Positions 48,576 to 63,056 are shown, counted from the first letter of the stretch. The stretch is 64,000 nt of DNA from Takakia lepidozioides (GCA_030704615.1 CM060731.1:8928001-8992000); one strand, 5' to 3'. A program made the numbers and translations. The notes: generated from the letters alone by a model not told the origin.

Positions 48576-48832
48576 GTGACATAAACTTGCCATGGTTAGT
48601 TCTTGTCACATCCATGCAAATAAACATAACCTCAAAGCTGAATCGTTCTTGAAGAACTCCTCTAGGGCCATATTACTTGACTGAACCCCTAGCTAGACAC
48701 AAAGAGAAAGGATGTCATTTGAACCTAATTGGCGGCTATGAAAAAAAAAAGCTTTCAAGCAGGGCCAGCTCAATATCAAAGTTGTCAACTCCTCGGCAGA
48801 TTTCACCAAATACCTATACTCTTGTCTCTGGA

Positions 48833-49100
48833 TTAATAAATGGAGTTGCTTTGTTTATGCTTTTTATGCAAATGATGAAGCAAGTAAAAACCAAACAAGC
48901 TCTTCCCCACACCAGGTGACCCCAAGACTGCAAAAAGATGATGCTTGTTTGGAACAGCTATTTGGCAGAGAGGTCTGTGTGGCCGCCGTCTACTGTACCA
49001 GTGCATGCATAATGAACTGAAGGAAATCTGTATAACTTTTTCATTCGTGGAGTCAACCTTGGCATAAAGACACCCTCCAGGCTTAACTGCAAATCCAGGA
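48833..49100 (-). pseudogene. Degenerate Crinkler/RHS-type P-loop NTPase fragment
   Basis: AVLGSPGVGKSLFGFYLLHHL. Confidence 0.45.
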
Positions 49101-51343
49101 ATGGTAGTGGCAATATCTACATCCGTATGACCAGAAGTTGAAGCACAGTGAGTGACCTCCAACTCCTTTGGAAACTCCCATTGCTGAATATGCTGACCAT
49201 GAACGTGATCAGTAGAAGAAGCTTCATACTCACCCCTATGAGCATCATCAGGAACATATAAGCTCTGTGATGCAAATGCATATGAGGGATTCATATGCTT
49301 GCAATCAAGGTGGACCTTGTTATCACATCCTCTTAATCCTGACCATAACTTCCTGATATCTTTGTACTCATTGGTCACTGGCCGTACTACTGGCTGATGA
49401 AATGGCCCTGGAACTGGTCCTCCTGCACCTGCATAACTGGATATTCAACTTCAACCTTAACATCACCTGTGCCGATCAATCTTTACGATGCATGAGAGGT
49501 TTTGCTAACAAGACTACAGTTGCACACGCAACAGGCCTGCACCAGCTACCACGCTCACCACACAACTAGAACCTTGCTTCTAACACTCATAATGCAAGAC
49601 CCTGGTTGATACTGAAATTAGAAGATCTTCAAGCTAGATAGAGACACATGCATACATAGCAGATAAAATAACGACTTTAGAGAAAGCATGCTTGGCCAAT
49701 TGTAAGAGAATGAGGAGAGTTACAGTAATGACACGTGTATTTGGAGTTTCAGATAGGGGAGACATAAGTGTGTTTCGTGTTTCACCCTCAATTAGACGGA
49801 CCGACTTCATTAAAAAGCAACCCTCTAAAGCAGTGCTAGGAGATAGTTCTCCTTAGAAACAGGGTCCATTAATGAGGATCTCTCAAGAAAAACTATCTTG
49901 GCAATCGGAACTTCTACTTGTGGGTAATGATGACACTCTATCATGGGAAGAGTTTGAAACAAATTCAACTCAATGTGTCTATTATCAGCCTTGAACATAG
50001 CCAAAAAAAAAGTCACAATGTACCTGACCGTAGGTGCTTGGCAACATGGTCCCCTTGTGCCTCACCATGCCGCTTCAACCCTACAAGCACAACACAAGGT
50101 CACTAGCTTAGTTAAAGCTCATTGCAAGCAGCACCAAGGCCACCCTCTGTCATAGCATGGATTCCTTTGCTAATGTATAACCCAATGCTGCTCAAGATTG
50201 ACACATACTTCACACTAGCATGGTTGAAGTGCTTTGAAAGCAGCACCAAGGCCACCCTCTGCTTTGGCATGCATTCGCTTGCACTCACCATTGCTTGCAG
50301 AGCAAACACCTTGCTGACCTCTGCTTCCTTCCATTCTTGATAAACTTCCATGAATTAGGGGCTTAGACCAGAAGACTGGTGGCAGGAAGGAGGTCTCCAC
50401 CAGTTTTTCACTCTACACTTGCAACAAGTTCCTATTCAAGTTCTTCTCCTCACAAGCATTATTTTATTTCCCTCCAGGACTTCCCAGTTTGCCTTCGAGT
50501 TGGTTTGTCAACATCCAAATAGACTTCTTTCTCTTTAGATGCAAGACCCTGCCCTCTTACTGACTTCAAGAGAATTCAGAAACCTGCTACACATTCAGAA
50601 GCATACGACACATGGCATGGGTAGGTTTACACATAGAAGGGCCCACCAAGCTTCAAAACCCGACATCGACATCCCCTTTTGGTCGGGTATGATATACAGA
50701 TGCGATTCATTGAAACGTGCTATATGTGAACCCAACTCTAGGAAATCTAAGATTAAGGACCTAACATGCATCAGTGGTTTGAAGGAAAGGCAGAACAGAT
50801 CTCTGAACCTTGAAACTTAGGTGTAGGAGCTTCACAGAGCCATCTGGGCATGGAGAATACTAAGCATCTGGGAGGCTTCTAGGAATGGAGAATAGTAAGC
50901 ACACAGGAGCGGACCTAAAGCACAGTTCCTAGAGCATGAGCTGACAACAGCGAAGTGGAAACGGAAAAGGGCACTGACAAAATGACATCGGTGCAAACAA
51001 AACCTAAAAGAGTTTTGAGATTACGGTAAGTCGACCAGGAAATGGTTTTACAGTCTTACAAGTTTCCATGGGACATTGCTACTTTCTCACTTCATGTTCC
51101 ATAGATTTCAATGATCACTTTCTGGGTGCGTTCTGCTTAAATGGTAAGTTGCAAGCATTGCTTTGGTTGTGCTTAAGAGTGAGATTCATACAAAGCTCTT
51201 GTGCAAGTTGAGCCTTGAAAGTGAAAGTTCACTTCTTTCTCTCCCATCAGTTCTAGCCGGAAGTTCACTCAGCAATGGGAATCGATTCCAGTGTCATACT
51301 ATACATCATTAAATCTGAGGTCTGGGAACTTGCAGCAATACGG

Positions 51344-52420
51344 TCACATCTCTAAGGCAGCCATACCACTCCCTTGTCCCAGCTCTTGAATTGCAGTGAA
51401 CATCTTGCGGCGAGCCCCCACAGCACCTATTCCCATCTCCCGTAAATCCTCCAGGGTTAAAAAGGGCAAAACTTCATTGTCGACCTCGTTCCGCTCAAAC
51501 AAATCTGAATACTTCCCCAGGCCAAGTGCGCTGAGCCACCCCCTGACACCACAAGCCAAAGTGACCCGTTGCCTTGCAGTCATGTGTGATTGCTCAAAGT
51601 AACCACCATTTTCCCCTGCTGTGTCGCTGTGAGTGGGTCCACCTGGGCCTTCGTCCGTATCATGCTTAACGTCCGTCTCCTTTCCAGTCATTTGCACCGG
51701 ACCGTCTTCAATTGCACCCGGAATTTCGTCCCCATGAAAATTAGGGTTAGCCTCACTCTTTCTACCAGAAGTTGCCAAGTCCTTAGAGTCTGCAGGCACG
51801 TCTTCACCAGTTTCAAAAAGCTCTCTATCACTCAGTTGAGAACCTGAAGAAACCTTAGCGGAGGCAGGGTCTTCTAAATTGCCGTCCCCTTGACCATTGC
51901 TAGCCACATCAGGAACAACTTCATCAAATCCATTCTGGTCTTCTAGTGTTTTCTTCATACTCCCATTGGGTCTACCACCGGGAGCTAGACCATTGAATGC
52001 TGCTCTTTTCCGCCTGCTTTGCTTCACCTTTCTCTCGCCTTTGCTGACATTGACCTGGGCCGTCCGGCCACTTGTGCTCACAGAACCTTGACGCACTTCT
52101 GTGGATTCTTGGTCCAATTTTCCTACCTCAGCTGGCGACACAACCACAGTTTCACCTAAACTTGATCCTTCCTGATCCTGCTTCCTATCACCTGCCACAT
52201 GCTCCAGGGGCCGAATGCGTGGTGGTTTTCCAACACCTCCCTTGCCTGCCCCACGACGTCCCGTAGTAGGGGCCAGCCCATCTAAGAGTTTCCCCCGCTT
52301 CGCTCCTCCTCCATCCAACGCGAGGGAAGGCGGGTTATCTCCAATTTCGCCCAGTCGCACGCTCGGTCGCCTTATCCTCTTCTCTCCAGGCTCTTCAGAG
52401 ACCTTCCCCCACGACTCCAT
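51344..52420 (-). CDS. Plant SAM (sterile alpha motif) domain protein, single exon, 358 aa
   Basis: N-terminal KR.RRPSVRLGEIG motif; C-terminal SAM VRGWLSALGLGKYSDLFERNEVDNEVLPFLTLEDLREMGIGAVGARRKMFTAIQEL. Confidence 0.92.
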   Translation of the reverse strand: MESWGKVSEEPGEKRIRRPSVRLGEIGDNPPSLALDGGGAKRGKLLDGLAPTTGRRGAGKGGVGKPPRIRPLEHVAGDRKQDQEGSSLGETVVVSPAEVGKLDQESTEVRQGSVSTSGRTAQVNVSKGERKVKQSRRKRAAFNGLAPGGRPNGSMKKTLEDQNGFDEVVPDVASNGQGDGNLEDPASAKVSSGSQLSDRELFETGEDVPADSKDLATSGRKSEANPNFHGDEIPGAIEDGPVQMTGKETDVKHDTDEGPGGPTHSDTAGENGGYFEQSHMTARQRVTLACGVRGWLSALGLGKYSDLFERNEVDNEVLPFLTLEDLREMGIGAVGARRKMFTAIQELGQGSGMAALEM

Positions 52421-55400
52421 GCTCGCCTGTCAACTTCAAGGCCAGTTATCACAACCACAAGCCTCTCCTTTGGTCAGCAAGCACAGCCAAAACACAGCCA
52501 GTCACACTACCTCCACCTGCCGAGGCACGCACACACAGCAAACACTCCAAAAATCGCAGACTCAGACAGATTGCACAGCTGCAAGCTCGCATCACCAACC
52601 CCGCCTGCTTCCTTCGCTCGGCAACCCTGGCAGCGTCCCCCAACCCCCCATTCCCCCCCAAAACTCTCCGCGTGCGAAGCTGCTACGCCATCGCCGTTCC
52701 GTTGCTCTAACGGTAACCAGTATTTCATACAAAAACGGATGTCTTTGTTGGTAGCTGAATGTTTCTTAGATATGGCGACTTGCGAGAAGGACCCACGTGA
52801 ATAGGTCGACCACGTAGTTTACTCATAGCGCCGTCTCTCACACCTAACCAGATCCGACCAAGACCTTCAGAATTTTGCTTGAAGGATTCCTCACGTCGTG
52901 CCGTTTCTTCTGTATGCCATCAAGGTGTGGGCGTCCCCTTTCTTAGTTTTTGTGAAGGAGTCTTTCATTGTCCACTGTCAGAAAAGACAATGAAGTTTTT
53001 CTGGAAGTTCAATGAAAGACTCTTACATTGTCAGGTTTACATGAATTTGTTCTAGTTCAACTATGTTCTAAATTCTAGTCTCGCATTTCTAAATTCTTGC
53101 ACATGCTACACTTGACACTACACTTGACATCCTCTTGTTTTGGTGACGCTGCCCTGGAAAAGCTGGTTGTTTCAGTCTTGTCATCTTCTAGAAATGGGAT
53201 TATTGACAGATGTTAATTTTCAAATGCACATTTGGACACACCTCCATGGCAGACATGAAAGCAGAAGTTTAAATTTGGAAGTCAATGTTTTACTGGTTCA
53301 TCCAAACCTTCCTTCTTTAGAGTGTCAAACCCTCCGCCGTTCAAGTCACTCCTGTTCTCTCAATGGTCTGCAAAGTCAGGTCAACATATCTCAACAGGTA
53401 CACATGCCATGTCAAAGAATAGTTCTCACGTTCACAAAGCTGGAAACATCCATATAAGATGACCTTCCTCTTAGACCAGTATGTTGTTAAGATTTAATCG
53501 CTATGGGCCGGCTCAGCACTGATTACTACTTGGCATATAGAAATAGAGCTTGGTCAGGATCCATCACGGCTGATGAAACCATACGTTCATCAGACAATTG
53601 ATATCTGTAGCTAAAGAAACCCTAACGAAACACGCCTTCATGAGGCGTCTCCTGGAAACAATGCGTGTAAAACCACATGATTCCTTGGGGATGTCAGCGT
53701 AGCGTTGTCTTTCCCATCTGCACAATTCTTGCCTTCAGCAATGCGTCAGCTTGGTGTGGATGCTCTTTGATGTATCTCCTAGCGCATTGTCTTTCCCATC
53801 TGTAAGCTGTTGCCCTAGTATGTATGGGAAAGACAATGCGGAGATAATTTAAAGAGCATCCAGACCTAGCTAACACTTTTGATGACGGCAATGGAAGAAA
53901 GGATGTGTGCCTCGACTCTGTACATAATTATGACGAGGATCTCATTTTGAGGTATGTGAGCTTCAATCTGGTTGCTATTAACGTACAGTTCGTCGAGATC
54001 CTTGTATCAAGAGTTTGGAACTGCTTAACTACAACTTTTATACAGCAAGTCCTATGTACGGCACAATGCTCGTTAGGAGAATGTATCTCTAGGGAGGTTT
54101 AACCGACATCTGATACACAGTAAATCTATCAGGGAAACTTGCTCATCTCTTGATTACTTAGTTTATGGTGCATACCTTTTAGCCTTTTTGCGGAATGCCG
54201 CACGCTCCAAGCAGAAAGGGGGAGAAATTCCTGTTCATTATATATAGGACCACTAGCCAAAGACGTGAATTATATCTGTCAGACGGTCATGATCGACCTG
54301 TGTATCTTGAGTGGATGTGTTTGTTCTCTGTCATTTGCTGTCGTGTGGCGCAGGTGTTAGTGGTAGGGACAAGCTCCAGGGTAGAGGCAATGGCTGTGGC
54401 CACTTGGGGCTGTTACTGCCATTCATGATTTCACTACTCGCATGCCATAGAGTGCAGCTGAGTTTAATCATGTACATTGAGTGGTTGGGGGTTAGGTCTC
54501 ATAGAGCAATGCAGAATCTTAGGTGTTGCACGCGGTTGTATGCAGTCACTGGAAGCTCATTTGCCATTGCATGTAGTTAGCAAATTTTCCTGTTATGCTT
54601 CGACATTTGCTATGGTCTAGTAGGTTGTGAGGGCTGACATACGACATGAAGGTGGGTTGCGGCGAGCTTGGGCTGTGGTCCAAGCATTTACTAAATGCAT
54701 AGCTTAGATCTGATGTGCATAAATGTCCATTCCACATCCTGGATTGCCTTGCCGTCTTTGCCTTGAATTCCTTAGTGGCCTTTCAGGTTGTGTGTGCCAT
54801 GTAATGGCGGGAAAGGGCTGGGTGCAGGCTTGGCATGGGGCGCAAGAGGAAGTGGGGCGATTTGCCATCAGACACGTCTCCTGATAACTGCATATATAAT
54901 GCAGCCCATATCCTCTCTAAATGGGCATACGATCGCAATGCAAGTGTAGAGCCAGTTAGAAAGATTGTTGGGTGTTTGAGTGAGGATTATCTGTCACTGC
55001 CTAAACCGCGTAACGACCTTGGCCAAAACGCGATGTCCACAACCTACAGGGCAATGCAGATGGGAGCTCTCAAACTACATTGTAGGGTACTAAAATCCAT
55101 AGCATTGCAGCTAACTACGATGACCCCCGCCACGCTCAGGCTCCCTAAGAGCAACAAGGAGGAAGGTATGAGTGCCCGACTGACCACTCGTGGTTTTTTT
55201 CAGAACAGTCCAACCTCACTAGACTTCTGACAGAAGCAGAAAGAGGAGTCCCTTTGGATTGAGGATTTTTTGGGCCCTAATTGGGTGAAAGGAGAGTTAG
55301 CCGCTATGATACACGGTCAACCACAATCTGGCAATGCATCAGATCTCAATCTATTCCACAGAGCTCAAGGCCAAGAATACAAAGGGTAATGTCTTGATGA

Positions 55401-55589
55401 TGATGTTTTAAGGGTTCGGACTAACCATATTTGGTGCAGTGTATTGTGAAAGCAGATGACTGCAGTATTATTGTAACCTGCGACTATGTAGAAGGAGCCT
55501 GTTCTCACAAAGAGATCATTTTAGAAAAACCTTGGAGCGTTGAGTTATATGATGTGAGATTGACTGTAAAGGTTTGTGACTCAGAGTTA

Positions 55590-57370
55590 TGAGCTATGCA
55601 GGATGACATGGTTGAATCAGGCACACTGCTTTGAGTCCAGCATGACCACCGACTTTCAGAGAGGAGCACGAGGGGAGTCAACAAGGACACGTCTGCTACT
55701 TGTGGGGACGTGATGACACTCTGTAAGGCAGGACAAATGAAAGAGGCGCTGCACTTTTTGAACCAACGAGGTATTTTGGCAGATTCCAATACTTATGTCT
55801 GTCTCCTGCAGGAGTGCATCAAGATGAAAAGCCTAGCAGAAGGAAAGCAAGTGCATGCGCACATCATTGAAAGTGCATTCAAGCCAAATATCTTTTTACT
55901 CAACACCCTTGTGAACATGTATGCCAAGTGCGGGAGCTTGGTGGCTGCACGCAAAGTGTTTGACAAAATGCCTGAACATGATTTTGTCTCGTGGACTATA
56001 ATGATAGCAGGGTATGCCAAGCATGGGTGTGGTAAGGAAGCTTTCAAAATCTACGAGGAAATGTTACGCGAAGGGGTGACACCCAATAGGGTCACCTTCA
56101 TTTGCATTCTCAATGCATGTGCCAGCCTGGCAGCCTTAGACAAGGGCAAAGAGGTCCACACTGATGTCATGAAAGCTGGAATTGCATCAGATATTGTTGT
56201 AGAGACTGCCCTGACTAACATGTATGGTAAATGCGGGAGTATGAAGGATGCACGTCAAGGTCACTTTCACTTCCGTTCTCAATGCATGTGCCAGCATGGG
56301 AGCCCTGGAAAAGGGAAAAATGGTCCATGCTGATATCATCAAAGCTGGAATTGTAGGCGATATTATTCTGGAGAGTGCGGTGGCTAACATGTACGCCAAA
56401 TGTGGGAGCATGAAGGATGCATGTCAAGTATTTGACAATATGGCTCAACGAGATGTGGTGTCATGGAATGCTATGATGGCAGGATATGCTCAGCAAGGGT
56501 GTGGTAGGGAGGCTTTGGAGATTTATGAGCAAATGATGCAGCAAGGCGTGTTGCCTGATAAGGTCACATTCATTTGCGGTCTCAATGCATGTGCCAGCCT
56601 GGCAGCCCTGGAAAAGGGCAAAGAGGTTCATGCTGACATCAGCAAAGCTGGGATTGCGCCAGATGTTGTTTTGGAGAATGCCCTCGTCGATATGTATGCC
56701 AAATGTGGGAGCATAAGGGATGCTCGTCAGGTGTTTGAAAATATAGCTCAGCGAGATGTAGTCTCATGGAGTACAATGATAACAGGATATGCTCAGCATG
56801 GGAATGGTAGAGAGGCCCTCCAAGTATTTGAACAAATGCTACAGAAAGGCTTGAAGCCAAACAGCATTACCTTTATATGCCTTCTCTCTGCATGTGGTCA
56901 TGGGGGCCTAGTGGATGAAGGCTGTCACTACTTTGATTCCATGTGTCGAGATCATGGCCTCACCCCCACATTGGATCATTTTTGCTGCATAGTGGATCTC
57001 CTTGGCTGTGCGGGGCAATTGGATGAGGCAGAGGACTTCGTGAAGGAAATGCCCATGGAACCTGGTGCTGAGGTTTGGGGGGCCTTCCTTGGTGCCTGCA
57101 GGGTTCATGGTGATACACAACGAGCAGAACGTGCAGCAAAATGTCTTCTCAAGTCAGATCCACATCCATAGCACGCTTCCACTTGTGTTCTGCTATCCAG
57201 TATCTGTGCTTGGGCAGGTGGGATGAGTCAGAAAAATGGAGAGGTGTGTCGTAAAGGAGCTAGAGCACTGTTGCATTGAGGTCAACAACAAGGTGCAAAG
57301 ATATGTAGTAAGAGACAAATTGCATCCACAAAGGAGGAAATCAATGCTGAGCTGAAGACATTGTCTGCAA
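55590..57370 (+). pseudogene. PLS-class PPR protein with degenerate E/E+ domains (RNA-editing factor type)
   Basis: Repeated MYAKCGS..A..VF / VVSW.. / VTF..LNAC motifs; frameshifting deletion at ~56260; stop at 57169 within the E domain. Confidence 0.9.
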
Positions 57371-57989
57371 GGGTCTGGAGGGTCTGCCACACACGATATG
57401 GAGTGTATATAAGAAATTTCTCATTCCCACCAAAGTATAACATTCTTGACAGACATTCTCTCAATCTCAAGCAGATAATATTTCTCGCTTTCTCACACAA
57501 TTACAACTCCCAAGTTCACAAGCAGAGCAAGGGGTGTGGCCTCGCAAAAGTGGGGGAAAAACATTTGGGCCTTAGAAGCCCCAACCATAGTTCAACTTGC
57601 AGTGTTGCCCTGGGTCAGTGCCTTGGCCAGTGATTAGGGGATTCTAAGATTGAGCCTTGAGAACTGTTGGCACAAAATATCACATCTGCTTGGTGAACTA
57701 GAAGTACTTCCACAAGCAAGAATATGGTTACTAGAGCAGTCTTTTCATTAATTATGAAAAAATGCTGGGGAGAGCCACTATGCTGTCTCCCGACCTTTTA
57801 TCTTCAAATACCTTCACTGCTTCCAGTGGACTTGGACTTGGCTGCAACTGAGAAGCAGCATAGACAGGAGCTAGGTATAACAATGCCAGGCCACTGGATT
57901 TATGCCGCCACAAGTTCTAGGTGCCTCATTCTCAGTTAAGCCAAATGTTTATTAAGTCCCAGAGCAATTTGAAGATAAACTTGCTTGAT

Positions 57990-58175
57990 CTCACTGCCTC
58001 TGCCCCCCCCCCCCCCCCAACTCCTGGTCCCAACCTTTCTGTGCAGTTCCACTGAACTTGCTACTTCTGAGAACGAGACCCTGTGTGTCTCACTGCCTCT
58101 GCCACCCCCCCCAAATCCTCCTGGTCCCAACCTTTCTGTGCAGTTCCACAGAACTTGCTACTTCTGAGAACGAGA
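57990..58175. repeat. 2-copy ~99-bp tandem repeat with poly-C
   Basis: ctcactgcctctgcc..gaacttgctacttctgagaacgaga occurs twice. Confidence 0.85.
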
Positions 58176-61100
58176 ACAATGCCGTGACTAACCACTGGGG
58201 TTAGATCTACACCATAGATATTTACATGTGAAGGGTCTCCTGGGACAGTACCAAAGAAACGTCTGCTTCAGAACAGTCACTGGTAACTGGTTTGAGTTGA
58301 CCCTAATCAGGTAGACTTACTCGGTGTAAAATGACCCAGATAGTGACTCAGTTACAGCTCTAGTATGAGCAGCCAATGCAAAATTTCCTTATACAGACTA
58401 GAATCAAAGTGCAGGCTTAGGTCCTCACTTTTTGGTGGGCTTTCTTCCAGTCTGCCAGCTCCATCTCCAAATGGATGTACCTCCAGAGGAGAAAAGATTT
58501 CCCCATTGCATGATGGAGAAATCACCTCTATCAGCTGGCTTTCTTCTTCCCAACACCATGTCTGATCCTGTTCCAAATCTAGAGTACTGTCTGTGCCAGC
58601 ATCCTTCATTGCCCACACCCGGCCCTGCAATCCCCATGTCCGCACCAAGTGTTTATCATATTTCCAAACGACAAGATATTTTGTGCTGAAGCTAACCCCC
58701 TCACTCAAGTCTCAATTAGAACAAAGCCACATGTGTCAAAGCTCCATTCAATAGAGGATTCCACTAACATTGCTGGGGTCAACACCATGTACTGTAACAT
58801 GCTAGCAATGCTAGTCAATATCTGTAACTAACTTGTTGTTGGCTGGGATGGCCACTACAGCGGATCAGTTCCATACCCTGGCATTTTATAACCCCATGAC
58901 CACCTCCATGGAATCAGATGCAATACATTTTCATATCATAGTCTAAAGTGTACAGGAGGCTGCTAGTGAATGTAACATCTCTTGCATATGAACATGTGTG
59001 TATGTCTGGAGGCTAGTCCAGGATATCAGAGTCCACATTGCCCTGTTCATCCTCATCACGTGCCTTTTGTGTTTGAGCCAACACCTGTGCAGAGCTCGAT
59101 TCATGCTCCTTCACTTTCTGTAGCTGCACAGTGGTTTGCTCTGCCTCTTGTCTGTGACCCAGGACCCTCTCCTACATTGGGCTGGCCACTCCTAGCTGCC
59201 TCCGCTTGATTGCTGATACCGTGTCCACTAGTCCTGTCCGTCCCCGCTGAATGGGAGCGCTTCAACTCCATATATATACAACTCCCGCTGTTTTGATTTT
59301 TGAATTTTTTTGATAGACAATTGTATGATCCCATTGCTCTGCTAAAATTTGCTACATACAGGTCTTGAATCCCCTATACCCTCCAAAACTGCAGTCCTCC
59401 TTGTTCGGGGAGGCCATCCTTCTCTGTGCAACAAGTCTTGCCCCTGGCATGGAACACTATCTCTAGTGGCATGGCAGGGTGGCCATAACTACGGATACAT
59501 GCTCTCAATCGCAGCATTCAAAAGCAGACAGATCTTGAGGCTGAATTTATATCTGTTTGGGCTGGTTCTTCCTTGTTTGGGGTAAGGGGAATGTTACTCC
59601 TCCCCAGTCTCTTTTGAGATGTTGCAGTCATATGCCGCGGATGCAGGATTGCTCTACCTTTTCTGTGGAATAAAGGTCTCCGTCCTCATAAGAAATTGTG
59701 ACTTCAGCTGCCAAGAGATCAACATCTTGTCTGCTTTGTAGCCCTGCATCATGAAGCTGTTGCATACGTGCTCAGTATACCTGCTCATGAGAAGTCCAGA
59801 GTTTCACCGCTGGCGGCCTGATTGTTGTACCGCATCACTGAAGCTTCTAAGAACTACCAATTGAGGCTCTTGGGCTAATCTTTACCTTTAGCCACGTTAT
59901 TTGGTCATTTGAAGGAGATCTAGATATGAATTTACTGTTTAACAGCGATAAAAGACAGTTTTGGAGACAACGAGGAATTAAACAACTCAATGCCCCAAGG
60001 TTATATTTTGCACAGTGTGTACTGACAGAGTCGTACATGTATGTCATATTAGGTTAGCGATTTCTGTTACGGAGTCCGAGGTATATGAAGACATCCACAA
60101 TTAGCACTTGAGCTTAAATATTGTGCCCAGTCTTTGATGACAAGAGGAGGGAGAAATTGAAAAATCCACTATCCATCCAGTGTTTTGCAAATTATCCGAC
60201 GAATTGTCTCATGCTTTGCTCTTAGAATGTTGGAAAGTCTTTTGAAGGTTCGTGATGACTGGCTGCCTCGACGATAGCTCTACATGTTGGCGAGCTCGCA
60301 GGATTTTGAACTGCACTAACAGTTAGGCATTGTCGTCCTAGAGTACTGCGAAAGCTTTCAGAACCCATGTGGGAACTTTAAAGCAGCATTTGATGCAGTG
60401 CAGTGGATATTCTCACATCAGATACTGAGATGATGATGCCTAACCCTAAACCCATATAATTCGCCTTGTGCTCTTCGTGCGTGCACTGAATCTATCTTGA
60501 TTGATCCTTGCACACGCATCTGCTCAAACGTCGTTGCTTTCCTTCGATTCGATGGACTTCGATTTGCAAAGCTGCAGCTGAGAAACGAAGATAAAGATTT
60601 CCTGGCTCCAAGATCGCCTGGCTTTCCGTTCTGCTTCAGAAGCTGTTGTTTGCCTTGGTCTTCAGGAGGCCCATAATCGAGGTTCTCCTCTCATTGCAGG
60701 TCTTAAGAAAACAATTTCCTCAATTACTTTATCAGACTCGTAAAAGCATTATGCAATCATGAAGCTGAATGGTGTGCATGACATTCCTTCATGCATCGTG
60801 TGTGTGCTTTGCATACCAAACTTGTGCTCTAAATAACTCGAGGGTAACCTTGCCACCCTAGTGAGTGAATGAGCTGTTGGCCTTAGACGAAGAATTACAA
60901 GATTCACTAGGGAGATGAGGACGCTGCTAAACTCTTCAAATTAAGGAAGAGGCTCAAGGAAGGAAGGAAGGAAGGCTCCTCTCACCTAAGCAGGAGTAAT
61001 GTGAACCCAAGGCCTCAGTTTGTGGGGCCATCAAAAAATATCGTGACTTGCCCAGTATAACTTCTTCGTAGTGTCCGGGAAATTCTGGGCATTTCGTAAT

Positions 61101-62645
61101 CCGGGCAGGGGCAGGGGAAAGTTTTGAGCAATACTTTAGGTGAAATTCTTACTGGGGATTTTCCTCGATTGGAGAGTCGTGCCCCCAGGGTGGAGCCCCA
61201 CGAGGGCAGACTCGACAACCAAGGAAAGACCTGGGAGGGTAAGAATTTACCACGTACACAAAAAGACTGTAATCGATAGCCTTTTTTATTCGTCAAGTCA
61301 ACCTGGCCATCGGTCTTTGAAATGGTCAGTGAGAGTGAGTAGAGGTACAAGTTAGCTTTCATGATATGCCATGATAAAATATGGACTTTTTTGTTCAAAG
61401 CCACAGGCCCCACAAGAGCGATCTAATGAGTACACGTACACGTCTAACGCATGTACCCTATTTGGAATCTTAAAGAGGGAGAGAGGAGGAGGAGGAGGGT
61501 GGACGAGAGAGAGAGAAGCTTCATGATTAATATTGTCACTGAAAGCCCAAAGAGCTTGATAGCGTAAACGGTAGAACAGAATGTTAAAAAAGTGAGAAAG
61601 GATTGAAGAATCATCTAGCAAGCTATTAACAAGCCCTTATACTGAATATTAGCATTGAACTTGTGCTAGCAGAGGGTAAATATCACTTGCATTGCTGTGG
61701 TCCGTCTGCTGCAAACTGAAATTGATTAAGAAACAAATGTAGGAAGCTCACTAGAATGACATCCACTTCAAGAGTATGTGTACATGTGCACACTTTAAAA
61801 TTGATCAAGGGGAAGCAGAAGATCCCACCACGGAAAATTTTACCAAGTTGTTCATCATGAATACTGGCCCTAAAATGTGAAGCAAACTCTCACAACTGGA
61901 CAACGAAAGCTAGGACGGGGAAGTCTCAATCGATGGCTTAACAACAGTTTAGAACCATTGGTGTGTTTAGATCCGTGTTGACAACGAAGAAGGGCATGGA
62001 CAACATGATGTGTGGACACGGATCAACCTGCACCACAGCTTCTCTCCCAGATCTTGCAGACAATGAATCAACTACCTATCTATCTATTCTAAATTGAGCT
62101 CTAGCCGTTTGGCATGCAAGGAGAAGTTACTGCAGCCATACATGTACGCATATATATAAGCTAATTAGAACCTAACTATTTTTAATCTCTTTTCAATCGA
62201 ATTCAATGCACTGCACCTGTGACTATATCGTTACACTCCAAGTAGTCGCAAGGATTGTGATGAATCGCCACCAAAGTCCAGGCAGTTGACACTTTGACAG
62301 GAGACTTCAGTAGTTGTCAATACATTTCCCTGCGAAATGGTTGTCTCCCCTGGAAAACAGATGGTTCTGGATCTTCAGCTCTCTATATCTCCGATCTAAG
62401 TTTATGGTCTCTCGTGCCTAATCTCCTCTCTGCTATGCCCGCAAATGTTGAAAATTGTACCTTTTCTCCCTTCTCTTTCCCCCATCAATCAAACCCTTCT
62501 GGGTCTTCTGCTAAAATAATATAGCAATGGGATATTTATAGGAGCTACTTTGCAATCAGAGATCTCAGGTTTTTGAAGGGTCAAGTAAGACTCCAAAGAC
62601 TTCGATCAAAGGACGAGTGCTGCAACTAACATATATATGGATCAT

Positions 62646-63056
62646 CTATTGTCTGCGAAGGAGGGAATGAGCAAGAGCCTGCAGCTCTCCATCGTCTTGC
62701 TGATCCATTGAGCCACTCCTAGACTTTTGTAACGACTCGAGAATATTATGCTGGCTAGCAGCCGACAAAGGTTCTAGGCTGTTGGTGGGCATGCCCAAGT
62801 CATAATTCTGCATTTCTTGGAAGGTGCTTCCCTTTTCCTTTACCCTCGAATAAGGCCCAGCAGAGCCTGATCCAGTCGGGATGGACATGGAGATGGCTGA
62901 CAGCTGAGGATGGTCAATATGCTGCATGTACGCTGATGTTGGACCTGGTGACGTGGACAATGTGCTAATATGTTGCTGTTGTTGAAGATGCACTGCAGCG
63001 TGGCGATTAGCTAGTTGGGCTTGCACCATAGCCAGCTCTGCTTGCAAACCTGCCAC
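62646..63056 (-). CDS. Last exon of a class I LBD (LOB-domain) transcription factor; the first exon is not identified in the window
   Basis: AG acceptor then VAGLQAELAMVQAQL (LOB leucine zipper, conserved intron position); C-terminal GELQALAHSLLRR. Confidence 0.8.
   Translation of the reverse strand: MAGLQAELAMVQAQLANRHAAVHLQQQQHISTLSTSPGPTSAYMQHIDHPQLSAISMSIPTGSGSAGPYSRVKEKGSTFQEMQNYDLGMPTNSLEPLSAASQHNILESLQKSRSGSMDQQDDGELQALAHSLLRRQ

Noticed and set aside
49700-50500. Possible LINE remnant
   Set aside because: No RT or endonuclease motif could be confirmed by eye.
58300-62600. Short ORFs and a possible MITE near 61000-61330
   Set aside because: No recognisable domains, and no TIR/TSD pair could be verified.
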